Of a stretch of DNA of 37,378 bases, positions 23,735 through 31,755 are shown in pieces. The stretch spans positions 1-37,378 of the forward strand of contig JBOGVC010000094.1 of assembly GCA_050695275.1 (NCBI GenBank). Direction: 5' to 3'. The position numbers and the translations under genes are program-made. The DNA is from Actinomycetota bacterium. GTDB taxonomy: Bacteria > Actinomycetota > UBA4738 > HRBIN12. How positions within the stretch are numbered: the stretch's first letter is position 1; every line of letters begins with the position of its first letter. The notes under the pieces are model-generated. The model was not told the DNA's origin and did no database searches. It was given only the letters and a program-made list of their open reading frames with translations.

Positions 23735-25251
23735 GCGGCCCGTTCGTGATCGGCTGCGACGTCGGCAGCCAGGGCACGAACGCCGCGCTCTACGGCGCCG
23801 ACGGCGAGCTGGTCTCCTCGGCCTACGAGGCCTACGACCTCTCCTTCCCCCACCCGGGCTGGGCCGAGCAGGACCCGGACCTGTGGACGGCGGCGATCGA
23901 ACGCGCCTGCCGTCGTCTCGTCTCCGACTGCCCCGGCGGCGCGGCGGCGATCCGCGGGCTCTCCTTCGGCTCGCAGCTCGACGGCATGGTGGTCTGTGAC
24001 GCGTCGGGGCGACGTCTGCGCCCCGCGCTGATCTGGATGGACCGCAGGGCCGAGGCGCAGGCGGCGGCCCTCGCCGAACGGATCTCGCCCCAGGACTTCT
24101 ACCGGGCCGTGGGCGCGAACCTCGATTCGTCCCACGCCGTCTTCAAGGCGCTCTGGGTCCGCGACGAGGAGCCGGATCTGTGGCGCGAGGCCGCGCACCT
24201 GATGTCGCCGGGTACCTATGTGCTCCGACACGCGACCGGCGTGATCGCGATCGACCCCTCGAACGCGTCGTCGATGGCACTCCTCGATCCGCGGACGAAG
24301 ACGTGGTCGCCCGAGGTCCTCGCGGTGACGGGGATCGACCAGGCCATGCTCCCGGAGTTGGGGGACGCCACGAAGGCAGTTGGGACCGTGACGTCCGCGT
24401 TCGCGGAGGCGAGCGGACTCGCGCCCGAGACGGTCGTCGCGATCGGGTGCGGCGACGAGATGGCTGCGACGCTCGGCGCCGGCGTCTTCGAGCCCGGCGA
24501 GGTCTGCGACGTCGTCGGCACCGCGGAGCCGGTGTGCGCCGCGAGCGCCGAGCCGCGCGAGGATCCGACGATGTTGGTGGAGTGCCATCCGCACGCGGAC
24601 CCCGACGCGTGGCTCCTCGAGAACCCGGGGTTCGTCTCCGGCGGCAACCTCCGCTGGTGGCGTGACCAGTTCGCCCCCGAGGAGCGCCAACACGAGGCAC
24701 AGGGGCTCGGGGACGCCTACGACGAGCTGAGCGAGGAGGCCTCCCAGATCCTTCCGGGCAGCGAGGGGGTCGTGTTCCTCCCGGCGATGCAGGGCGCGAT
24801 GGCACCCGAATGGAACGGCGCGGCGCGCGGCGTCTTCTACGGGCTGACGCTCGCCCACACCCGCGACCACATGACCCGGGCGATCCTCGAGGGGAGCGCG
24901 TTCGGCCTCCGCGACATCCTCGAGGCGATGAAGTCAGCGGGTCTCGGCGTCCGGCGTCTCACGATCGTGGGGGGCGGCGCCAAGGGTCCGCTCTGGCGGC
25001 AGATCAAGGCCGATGTGACGGGACTCCCGGTCCGGGTCCCGGAGAGCGTGGAGACCACCGCCACGGGCGCCGCGATCCTCGCCGCCGTCGGCTCCGGCCT
25101 GCACGCCACCGTGGCGGACGCGGTGAAGTCGTTCGTGTCCTTCCGACCGGAGGAGCACGAGCCCGATCCGGGAGCGCGCGATGCGTACGACGAGGCCTAC
25201 CAGCGCTACCGAGAGGTGTACTTCGCGCTGAAGCCGGTGTTCGGACCCTGA
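23731..25251 (+). CDS. FGGY-family carbohydrate kinase (xylulokinase/LsrK-like)
   Basis: GTG 23731 overlaps the upstream stop as GTGA. Motifs: IGCDVGSQGTNAALY, GWAEQDP, GCGDEMAATLGAG, and VGGGAKGPLWRQIKADVTGLPV. Confidence 0.9.
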   Translation: MSGPFVIGCDVGSQGTNAALYGADGELVSSAYEAYDLSFPHPGWAEQDPDLWTAAIERACRRLVSDCPGGAAAIRGLSFGSQLDGMVVCDASGRRLRPALIWMDRRAEAQAAALAERISPQDFYRAVGANLDSSHAVFKALWVRDEEPDLWREAAHLMSPGTYVLRHATGVIAIDPSNASSMALLDPRTKTWSPEVLAVTGIDQAMLPELGDATKAVGTVTSAFAEASGLAPETVVAIGCGDEMAATLGAGVFEPGEVCDVVGTAEPVCAASAEPREDPTMLVECHPHADPDAWLLENPGFVSGGNLRWWRDQFAPEERQHEAQGLGDAYDELSEEASQILPGSEGVVFLPAMQGAMAPEWNGAARGVFYGLTLAHTRDHMTRAILEGSAFGLRDILEAMKSAGLGVRRLTIVGGGAKGPLWRQIKADVTGLPVRVPESVETTATGAAILAAVGSGLHATVADAVKSFVSFRPEEHEPDPGARDAYDEAYQRYREVYFALKPVFGP

Positions 25252-25259
25252 CGAGACCG

Positions 25260-25733
25260 CTACAGCAGGTCCAAGTCGCCGGGCGAGTGGCCGAGCTCGG
25301 TCAGGTGACGTGCGAGCTCGCTGCGGTGTTGCGTCCCGTGATTCACGATGTGGGCGACGATCATGCTGAGGGTGGCCGCCGTCGTGGCGCCGGCGCTCGT
25401 CCACGGATAGGGACGGTCGATGTCCTCGCTGGTGAGTCCCTCGACATGGGCCGCGAGACGTCCGGTCTCTTCGGTCCAGAACGACCTGATGCTCGGGAGA
25501 TCCGGGAGTGGGGGTACCTCCCACTCGTAGGGATCGTCGACGTCGTTCCCCAGCAAGAACTCCCGCCAACTGTTGTCCACGATCACCAGGTGACGAAGGG
25601 TCTCCGCGATGCTTCCGTGATCGAGGGCAGCGCGTTGCTCGAAGTCCACGGCGGGGAGCGACGCGATCGTGTCCATGATCTGCGCGTTCGACCGCGCGTG
25701 GTAGCGGATCAGGTCAGAGAGATGCGAACGCAT
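25260..25733 (-). CDS. DinB-family protein
   Basis: LIRYHARSN, ETLRHLVIVDNSW and AHIVNHGTQHRSEL (His triad of the DinB four-helix fold). Confidence 0.8.
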   Translation of the reverse strand: MRSHLSDLIRYHARSNAQIMDTIASLPAVDFEQRAALDHGSIAETLRHLVIVDNSWREFLLGNDVDDPYEWEVPPLPDLPSIRSFWTEETGRLAAHVEGLTSEDIDRPYPWTSAGATTAATLSMIVAHIVNHGTQHRSELARHLTELGHSPGDLDLL

Positions 25734-25778
25734 CGCGCGGCGAGTGTAGCCACGCGTCCGATCGGGAGAGGAGTGTGA

Positions 25779-26165
25779 TCAGTCCTCGAGCTCGCGCTCG
25801 ATGTCCTCGCGGAGGTTCGACAGGCGGTCGATCACGGTCCGGATCGCGTCACGGATGGGCTCGGGGGCGCTGTCCACGAGGCCCTCGAGCTCTTCACGAG
25901 CATCGTTCATCCGACGCTCCGCATCCTCGAGCGCTTGGCGGGTCTCGGCGCTGGGGTTCTCTTTGTACGCCTCCAAGGCGGCGTCCGCCTCGTCGACGGT
26001 GTCACGGACCCGGGCGACGGCATCGCGGACCGGCCCCTCGTCCTCGATCGCGTCGACGAGATCGTCGATCGCGCGGGTGGCATCCCGGAACTCGTCCGTG
26101 AGGCCGCTCTCGGAGAAGCACGCCGACAGCAGCAGGCACAGTGCGATCACGCTGACTCTCTTCAT
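25779..26165 (-). CDS. Small acidic helical lipoprotein
   Basis: From ATG 26165: MKRVSVIALCLLLSAC (lipobox LSAC). The mature part is rich in D/E/R and repeats [FVI]RDA...D motifs (FRDATRAIDDLVD, VRDAVARVRDTVD, IRDAIRTVIDRL). Confidence 0.7.
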   Translation of the reverse strand: MKRVSVIALCLLLSACFSESGLTDEFRDATRAIDDLVDAIEDEGPVRDAVARVRDTVDEADAALEAYKENPSAETRQALEDAERRMNDAREELEGLVDSAPEPIRDAIRTVIDRLSNLREDIERELED

Positions 26166-26201
26166 GCACGACCCGTACCCGCGGACGGGCGGTGGCAAGC
26201 G

Positions 26202-27584
26202 TCAGCCGCGCTCGAAGTACCGGATCAGCTCCCAGTCGGTGACCGTTTGGTTGTCGAAGATGATCTGCTCCTGGCGGGCCATGTTCACGAGGTGGCCGAA
26301 CGCGAAGTCGCCGAACGCTTCCCGCATCACCTCCGAGGGCTCCATCTCAGCGATCGCCTCGTGCAGCGAGGACGGCACCCGTTCGGCGTCCTTCGACTCG
26401 TACGCGTTCCCCTCGAAGAGCGGAGGGCACTCGATCTGGTTCTGGATCCCGTGGAGGCCGGCCGCGATGGTTGCCGCGTACCCGAGGTACGGATTGACGT
26501 CCCCGCCCGGCAGCCGCGACTCGACGCGGTTCCCCTGGTGCTCGCCGACCACCCGGAACCCGCACGTTCGGTTGTCGTGGCTCCACAGGATCGCGGTCGG
26601 CGCCCACGATCCGAGCTGGTACCGCTTGTAGGAGTTCACGAACGGCGCATACATCCACGCCATCTCACGGGCGGTCGACATCAGCCCACCCAACATGTGC
26701 TTGAACGTCGGGCTCATGTGGTTCGTGTCGTCGTCGTCCCACATCAGCGATGAGGAGCCGTCCTCGTTCCACACGCTCGAGTGCATGTGGCACGAGGAGC
26801 CTGCTTCGTCCATCGTCCACTTCGCCATGAACGTGATCGCGGCGCCGTTCATGGCGGCGATCTCCTTCGTGCCGTGCTTGTACAGCGCGTGGTAGTCGGC
26901 GGTCGTCAGGGCGTCCGCGTACGTGATGTTGATCTCGTGTTGGCCACGACCGAACTCGCCCTTCGAGAACTCGATCGGGATCCCGGCGCCCAACATCCCG
27001 TTGCGGATCTGGCGGATCAGCCACTCGTCCTTGGTGGTCGCGAGCATGTGGTAGTCCATGATGTACGGGGACGACGGCTGGATGCCCTGGTAGCGCTTGG
27101 CCGCTGCCTCCTCGTAGGAGTCCTTGAAGAGATAGAACTCCAGCTCCGATCCGGTCTTGAAGGTGTAGCCGGCCGCTTGCGCGCGCTCGACCTGCCGGCG
27201 GAGGATCGTACGGGGCGCGACCTCGACCAGCTCGCTCGTGTGCTCGTCCGCGACGTCGCAGATCACCATGGCCGTCTTCTCGAGCCACGGGACGAGCCGC
27301 AGCGTCGACATGTCCGGGATCATCTTGAAGTCGCCGTAGCCGGTCTCCCAGCTCGCGTACTCGAAGCCGGGCAGCGGCTCCATCTCCATGTCGATCGCGA
27401 TCAGATACAGGCACGCGTGGAGCCCTTCCTCGCCCATCACGTCCTCGAGGAAGAAGTGCGGAAGGATGCGCTTGCCGACGAACCGTCCCTGGAAGTCCGT
27501 GAACATGCACAGGACGGTGTCGATCTCGCCGGCGTCGGCGAGCTCTTCCAGCTGCTTCGCGTCGATCATGCCCTGTGGTTGCAC
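26202..27584 (-). CDS. Glutamine synthetase-family protein (gamma-glutamyl-amine synthetase type, PuuA/GlnA3/GlnA4-like)
   Basis: SELEFYLF, EFGRGQHEIN, GSSCHMHSSVW, NSYKRY, and NRTCGFRV...ESRLPGGDVNPYL. The start is either GTG 27584 (GGAGG 4 nt upstream) or ATG 27569. Confidence 0.9.
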   Translation of the reverse strand: MQPQGMIDAKQLEELADAGEIDTVLCMFTDFQGRFVGKRILPHFFLEDVMGEEGLHACLYLIAIDMEMEPLPGFEYASWETGYGDFKMIPDMSTLRLVPWLEKTAMVICDVADEHTSELVEVAPRTILRRQVERAQAAGYTFKTGSELEFYLFKDSYEEAAAKRYQGIQPSSPYIMDYHMLATTKDEWLIRQIRNGMLGAGIPIEFSKGEFGRGQHEINITYADALTTADYHALYKHGTKEIAAMNGAAITFMAKWTMDEAGSSCHMHSSVWNEDGSSSLMWDDDDTNHMSPTFKHMLGGLMSTAREMAWMYAPFVNSYKRYQLGSWAPTAILWSHDNRTCGFRVVGEHQGNRVESRLPGGDVNPYLGYAATIAAGLHGIQNQIECPPLFEGNAYESKDAERVPSSLHEAIAEMEPSEVMREAFGDFAFGHLVNMARQEQIIFDNQTVTDWELIRYFERG

Positions 27585-27604
27585 GTGACCTCCCCGGAGA
27601 TGAG

Positions 27605-27637
27605 GAGGGGCGACGGGCGTGGTGCCCGCCGCCCCTC
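27605..27637 (-). terminator. Strong GC hairpin (about 14 bp, 5-nt loop) between the permease and GS-like genes; attenuator, processing or stability element
   Basis: Minus-strand RNA reads GAGGGGCGGCGGGC-ACCAC-GCCCGUCGCCCCUC. The only non-Watson-Crick pair is G.U on the minus strand, and it becomes A.C on the plus strand. No U-tract follows. Confidence 0.5.
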
Positions 27638-27657
27638 GTGAACGGAGTTCCTCTCTG

Positions 27658-29271
27658 CTACCCGGAAGCGGGTGGTGGTGTGGGTGGCGGCGGTGTCCCC
27701 GGCCCACCCGCGCGCAGGATCGCCTCCTGCTCGGCCCCGCTCGTGCCGAACGTCTCCCCTGGCACGCCCTTCTCTCCCAACGTGAGTGCGAACTCCTCCT
27801 CCGGGGAGAGCACGAGCCGGTTCCGTCCGGCGATCGCGAAGTACACGAGCCCGAGCACGAACCAGATCAAGGTCCCGATCACGCCCCAGCGATAGTCGCG
27901 GATCAAGAAGAGCGAGATCAGCGCGATCACCGCGATCACACCGGCGATCGCGGCGCCGCCCTCACCGAGGGGGCTTCGATACGGCCGCTGGATGTTCGGC
28001 AGCTTCCGTCGCAGCACGATGAACGACAGGCACTGCATCGCGTACGAGATCACCGCGCCGAAGACGGCCATCGTTAGCAGCGCTGCGCCCAACCCCGTCG
28101 TCGCACCGGCGTCGTCGTAGCCGAACTTATAGATGACGTACGCGAGGATGTAGCCGATCACCGCACCGACGATGAGTGCCACGTGCGGCGTCCTCCGCTG
28201 CCCGTGTGTCACGGACAACCACTGCGGGAAGTAGCCAGCTCGCGAGAGCGAGAAGATGTTCCGGCCGTAGGCGAAGATGATGGTGAAGAAGCTGGCGACC
28301 AAGCCGACGACCGCGATCAGCGCCAGCAGGGCGGCGATGTCCGCGTTCGGGAAGATCGCCGTGAACCCGAGGAACAGGGGCTCGAGCGTCGCGCCCGTCT
28401 CGTTCGCACCGGACACGCCGGGGTTCAGAACGAGTACGAGGACGCCTGTGACGACCAGCGTGGTCATGCCCCAGATCGTCGCCCGCGGGATATCCCGCTT
28501 CGGGTCCATCGACTCCTCGGCGGCGAGAGGAAGCTCCTCGATCGCGAGGTAGAACCAGATCGCGAACGGTAAGGCTTTGAAGATCCCTCCGATCCCGAAC
28601 GGAAGGAACGGTCCACCGCCGTTGGGCAAGGAGTCGCCTCCGCCATCCGGGATGTTGAACAGCAGGCTGGCGTCGAACTTCGTGATAGCGGCCACGAAGA
28701 AGAACCCGAGGATCAGCAAGGCCATGATGTTGATGACGATCGTGAAACGCATCGTCGCCTCGATCCCGGCGATGTTCAGTCCGACGAACAAGAGGTAGAA
28801 GATCGCCCACCAGAACGGGGGCGTGTTCCAGAACGGCGTGCTCGTGAGATCGAACAGTTCCGTCATGATCACGCTCATGTAGGCGCCGATCGAGACCACC
28901 ACGACGGCAGGGGTGATCACATACTCCATGTTCTCCGCGAGACCCGTGACGAATCCGCCCCACGGGCCCATCGCGGAACGTGCGAAGGAGTACGCCCCTC
29001 CCGTGTGGGGCAGCGCCGGGGACATCTCGGCGATCGAATAGCAGAGGCCGTAGTACATCACCGTGATGAAGACCGTTGCGACCAGAAGGCCCCCGAAGCC
29101 CCCGACGCCGAGACCGAAGTTCCACCCGAAGAAGTCGCCCGAGATGACGGCTGCGACGCCAAGCGACCAGAGTGCGAACACGCCGGCGTGTCGTCTCAGT
29201 CCTCGCTGGTCGAAGTAGTCCTGGCTGACCTCTCGGTACTCAACCGAACCGAGCTTGCGGCGCTCAGACAC
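27658..29271 (-). CDS. APC-family amino acid/amine permease, ethanolamine permease (Eat)-like
   Basis: N-terminus YFDQRGLRRHAGVFALWSLGVAAVISGDFFGWNFGLGVGGFGG is the Eat-type signature as I recall it. It has about 12 TM segments and a Pro-rich C-terminal tail. GTG start. Confidence 0.85.
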   Translation of the reverse strand: MSERRKLGSVEYREVSQDYFDQRGLRRHAGVFALWSLGVAAVISGDFFGWNFGLGVGGFGGLLVATVFITVMYYGLCYSIAEMSPALPHTGGAYSFARSAMGPWGGFVTGLAENMEYVITPAVVVVSIGAYMSVIMTELFDLTSTPFWNTPPFWWAIFYLLFVGLNIAGIEATMRFTIVINIMALLILGFFFVAAITKFDASLLFNIPDGGGDSLPNGGGPFLPFGIGGIFKALPFAIWFYLAIEELPLAAEESMDPKRDIPRATIWGMTTLVVTGVLVLVLNPGVSGANETGATLEPLFLGFTAIFPNADIAALLALIAVVGLVASFFTIIFAYGRNIFSLSRAGYFPQWLSVTHGQRRTPHVALIVGAVIGYILAYVIYKFGYDDAGATTGLGAALLTMAVFGAVISYAMQCLSFIVLRRKLPNIQRPYRSPLGEGGAAIAGVIAVIALISLFLIRDYRWGVIGTLIWFVLGLVYFAIAGRNRLVLSPEEEFALTLGEKGVPGETFGTSGAEQEAILRAGGPGTPPPPTPPPASG

Positions 29272-29340
29272 GGCTCATGCCCCCCTCCCCGCCCGCGGAT
29301 GCGGGTCACCCGCGTATTCAGCCCCGTCGGGAACCGTCTG

Positions 29341-29634
29341 TCAATCTGAGGTGTTGCGGCGGAGCGAGCCTCGTCCGAGTCGGATCACGGACGCGATCCC
29401 GAGCGCACCGAAGAACCAGATCGACGTCGCGATCGTGAGCCCGACGCTCTCCGCGACGATCGCGAAGACGGTGCCGAGGAGCACGCTCACACCGGCGAGC
29501 GGGATCGAGAGGCTGGATGCGAGGACGGAGCGCGCGAGGGCGATCGACAGGAGCACACCGAGCACAGGGATGAGGCTGAAGTCGCCACCGCCGCCGCTCC
29601 ACGTATGGCCAGTGGCGAGGAGGTCTCGAAGCAC
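29341..29634 (-). CDS. Small 3-TM membrane protein of unknown function
   Basis: GTG start 3 nt after the SDR stop. Consistently high GC3 and three hydrophobic segments. No family recognised. Confidence 0.55.
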   Translation of the reverse strand: MLRDLLATGHTWSGGGGDFSLIPVLGVLLSIALARSVLASSLSIPLAGVSVLLGTVFAIVAESVGLTIATSIWFFGALGIASVIRLGRGSLRRNTSD

Positions 29635-29637
29635 GTC

Positions 29638-30417
29638 TCAGTCCTCGGGCGTCACGTACGCGGCGGTGATCCCCCCGTCGACCACCAGCGACGTGCCGGT
29701 CATGTAGCTCGAGTCGTCGCTCGCGAGGAACAAGGCCGCGTTCGCGAGCTCCTCCGCCCGCCCCAGGCGGCCCATCGGGATGTGGACGAAACGACGCTGC
29801 CGCCGCTCCGGGTCCGAGAGGAGCTCGGCCAGCAGTGGGGTATCGATCGGGCCCGGGCACAAGGCGTTGCAACGCACGCCCTTCCTCGCGTACTCGACCG
29901 CGATCTCTCGCGTCATCGCGAGCACCGCTCCTTTCGAGGCCGTGTACGCGGTCTGGGACGTCGCCGCTCCCATCCAGGCGACGAAGGATGCGACGTTGAT
30001 GATCGAACCACCCCCGGAGTCGATCATCGCCGGGATGCCGTACTTGCAGCCGTGCGCGACCCCTTTCACGTTGACCGCGAGGGTCGTGTCCCAGATGGAC
30101 TCGTCGGTCGAATGGACCGAGCCGTCGTCGCCGAGCATCACGCCGGCGTTGTTGTAGAGGACCGTGAGACCTCCGTAGGACTCGACCGCCCGTGTCACCA
30201 TAGCCTCCGCGTCCGCCTCGCGGGACACGTCCGCATGGACGTAGATCGCTTCGCCTCCGTCCGTGCGGATCGTCTCGGCGACCTGTTCACCGGCGTCGTC
30301 CGCCACGTCGGTCAGGACGACCTTGGCGCCCTCGGACGCGAAGAGCTGGGCCGCGATCAGACCCATCCCGCTCGCGCCTCCCGTGATCAGCGCCACCTTG
30401 CTGTCCAGGCGTCCCAT
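29638..30417 (-). CDS. Short-chain dehydrogenase/reductase (classical SDR)
   Basis: ATG 30417 is preceded by AGGGAGGATCG. Motifs: TGGASGMG, NNAG, and YTASKGAV (YxxxK). Confidence 0.92.
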   Translation of the reverse strand: MGRLDSKVALITGGASGMGLIAAQLFASEGAKVVLTDVADDAGEQVAETIRTDGGEAIYVHADVSREADAEAMVTRAVESYGGLTVLYNNAGVMLGDDGSVHSTDESIWDTTLAVNVKGVAHGCKYGIPAMIDSGGGSIINVASFVAWMGAATSQTAYTASKGAVLAMTREIAVEYARKGVRCNALCPGPIDTPLLAELLSDPERRQRRFVHIPMGRLGRAEELANAALFLASDDSSYMTGTSLVVDGGITAAYVTPED

Positions 30418-30428
30418 CGATCCTCCCT

Positions 30429-30454
30429 GTCCTTCTGGCCTGTCCCTCTGGCCT
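30429..30454. repeat. Tandem 13-mer repeat GTCCTTCTGGCCT GTCCCTCTGGCCT in the SDR 5' leader / divergent promoter region
   Basis: Read directly; 12/13 identical and head to tail. On the minus-strand mRNA the units read AGGCCAGAGGGAC AGGCCAGAAGGAC, immediately followed by the real SD AGGGAGGA. Confidence 0.6.
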
Positions 30455-30513
30455 CTGCTGCGGCCGAGGATATCGCCGGTCCGAGTCCCAGAGGAGGGGC
30501 TCGGGGGCTTCAG

Positions 30514-30519
30514 TAGACT
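30514..30519 (+). promoter_or_regulatory. -10-like hexamer TAGACT, 7 nt upstream of the greA ATG (leaderless-type promoter candidate)
   Basis: TAGACT-CGGGCCC-ATG. There is no SD within 20 nt of the start. Confidence 0.4.
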
Positions 30520-30526
30520 CGGGCCC

Positions 30527-31063
30527 ATGCCCGAACTGCCAGAAGAATTGAAGGCTCGTCCCGAACGCAAACCCGGCCAGGAGCCGACGTCGTCGCTCAC
30601 GCTCGAGGCCTACAAGCGGCTCAGGACCGAGTTGGACGAGCTGTTGACGAACGGGCGTGACCGGATGGCGGAGCGTCTCAAGGTCGCGCGCGAGCACGGC
30701 GACATCAAAGAGAACGCCGAGTACGACGCCGCGAAGGACGCGCAGGGATTGATGGAATCGCAGATCCGCCGGCTCCAGGAGGCGCTCCGCGATCCGGAGA
30801 TCATCGAGGCGCCGGTGGCGGCTGACGCGATCCTGCCGCACATGCTCGTCACCGTGCGCTCGCTCGACGACGGGGACGACGAGGAGACCTACCTCCTGGC
30901 GGAGCACGGCGAGGAGAAGGCACCGGGTGCGCGAACGGTCACGACATCGTCCCCCTTGGGGACGGCCCTGATGGGCGCGTCGAAGGACCAGGAGGTGCTC
31001 GTGCAGGCGCCCGGTGGGAGCTTCCGGTACGTGGTCGTCGGATTCGAGCCGTTCGTCGGTTGA
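30527..31063 (+). CDS. greA: Transcription elongation factor GreA
   Basis: LTLEAYKRLRTELDEL...RLKVAREHGDIKENAEYDAAKDAQG (coiled-coil finger with acidic tip), and a C-terminal SSPLGTALMGASKDQEV domain. Confidence 0.92.
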   Translation: MPELPEELKARPERKPGQEPTSSLTLEAYKRLRTELDELLTNGRDRMAERLKVAREHGDIKENAEYDAAKDAQGLMESQIRRLQEALRDPEIIEAPVAADAILPHMLVTVRSLDDGDDEETYLLAEHGEEKAPGARTVTTSSPLGTALMGASKDQEVLVQAPGGSFRYVVVGFEPFVG

Positions 31064-31076
31064 TGAGCGCGAGCTG

Positions 31077-31751
31077 ATGGGCCGGCGCGCGGCCGCGGGG
31101 CATCGCTCGAGACCCCACGTCGCGCGCGAGGCGCCGAAGGTTCGCGACCTCCCGAAGCCTCGGAAGAACGAATCGGCGGCCGGCGGCGCGATCCAATGGG
31201 CGTTCCAGTGGCCGTACCGGGCGATCCTCGCGTTCCTCATCTGGGCACGGGTGCGCCCTTGGCACCTGACGGTCGCGGCGCTCGTCCTCAACGTGGTGAC
31301 GGGGGTGCTGATCATCACGGGGGACTGGTTCCTCGCCGGCTGGGCCCTGCTCGCGGCCGGTATGTGCGACGTCTTCGATGGATCGGTCGCGAGGCACTAC
31401 GGGCAGCAGAAGCGATCGGGAGCGTTCATGGACTCGGTCCTGGACCGGGTCGCCGACGCGATCCTGTTCGCCTGCCTCTTCTGGGCGCTCGCGGAAGATG
31501 AGCGGCGCCTCGACGCCGCGCTCGCGCTCTTCACCCTGGTGGTGAGCCTGTCCGTCAGCCACATCAGAGCCGAGGCCGAAGCTGTCGGCGTGCAGCTGAC
31601 CGAGGGTTTCTTCCAGCGGCTGGAGCGGTTCATCGCGCTGATCATCGGGCTCGTCATCCCCGGCGCGATGACCCCGATCCTCTTGGTCCTCGCGGCGCTC
31701 GGGGCGGTCACGGCGCTGCAGCGCGGCTGGTCCGCGCTCGTGCGAGCCTAG
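31077..31751 (+). CDS. CDP-alcohol phosphatidyltransferase family protein
   Basis: DVFDGSVARHYGQQKRSGAFMDSVLDRVAD fits D-x2-DG-x2-AR-x8-G-x3-D-x3-D. Multiple TM segments. Confidence 0.85.
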   Translation: MGRRAAAGHRSRPHVAREAPKVRDLPKPRKNESAAGGAIQWAFQWPYRAILAFLIWARVRPWHLTVAALVLNVVTGVLIITGDWFLAGWALLAAGMCDVFDGSVARHYGQQKRSGAFMDSVLDRVADAILFACLFWALAEDERRLDAALALFTLVVSLSVSHIRAEAEAVGVQLTEGFFQRLERFIALIIGLVIPGAMTPILLVLAALGAVTALQRGWSALVRA

Positions 31752-31755
31752 GCCG

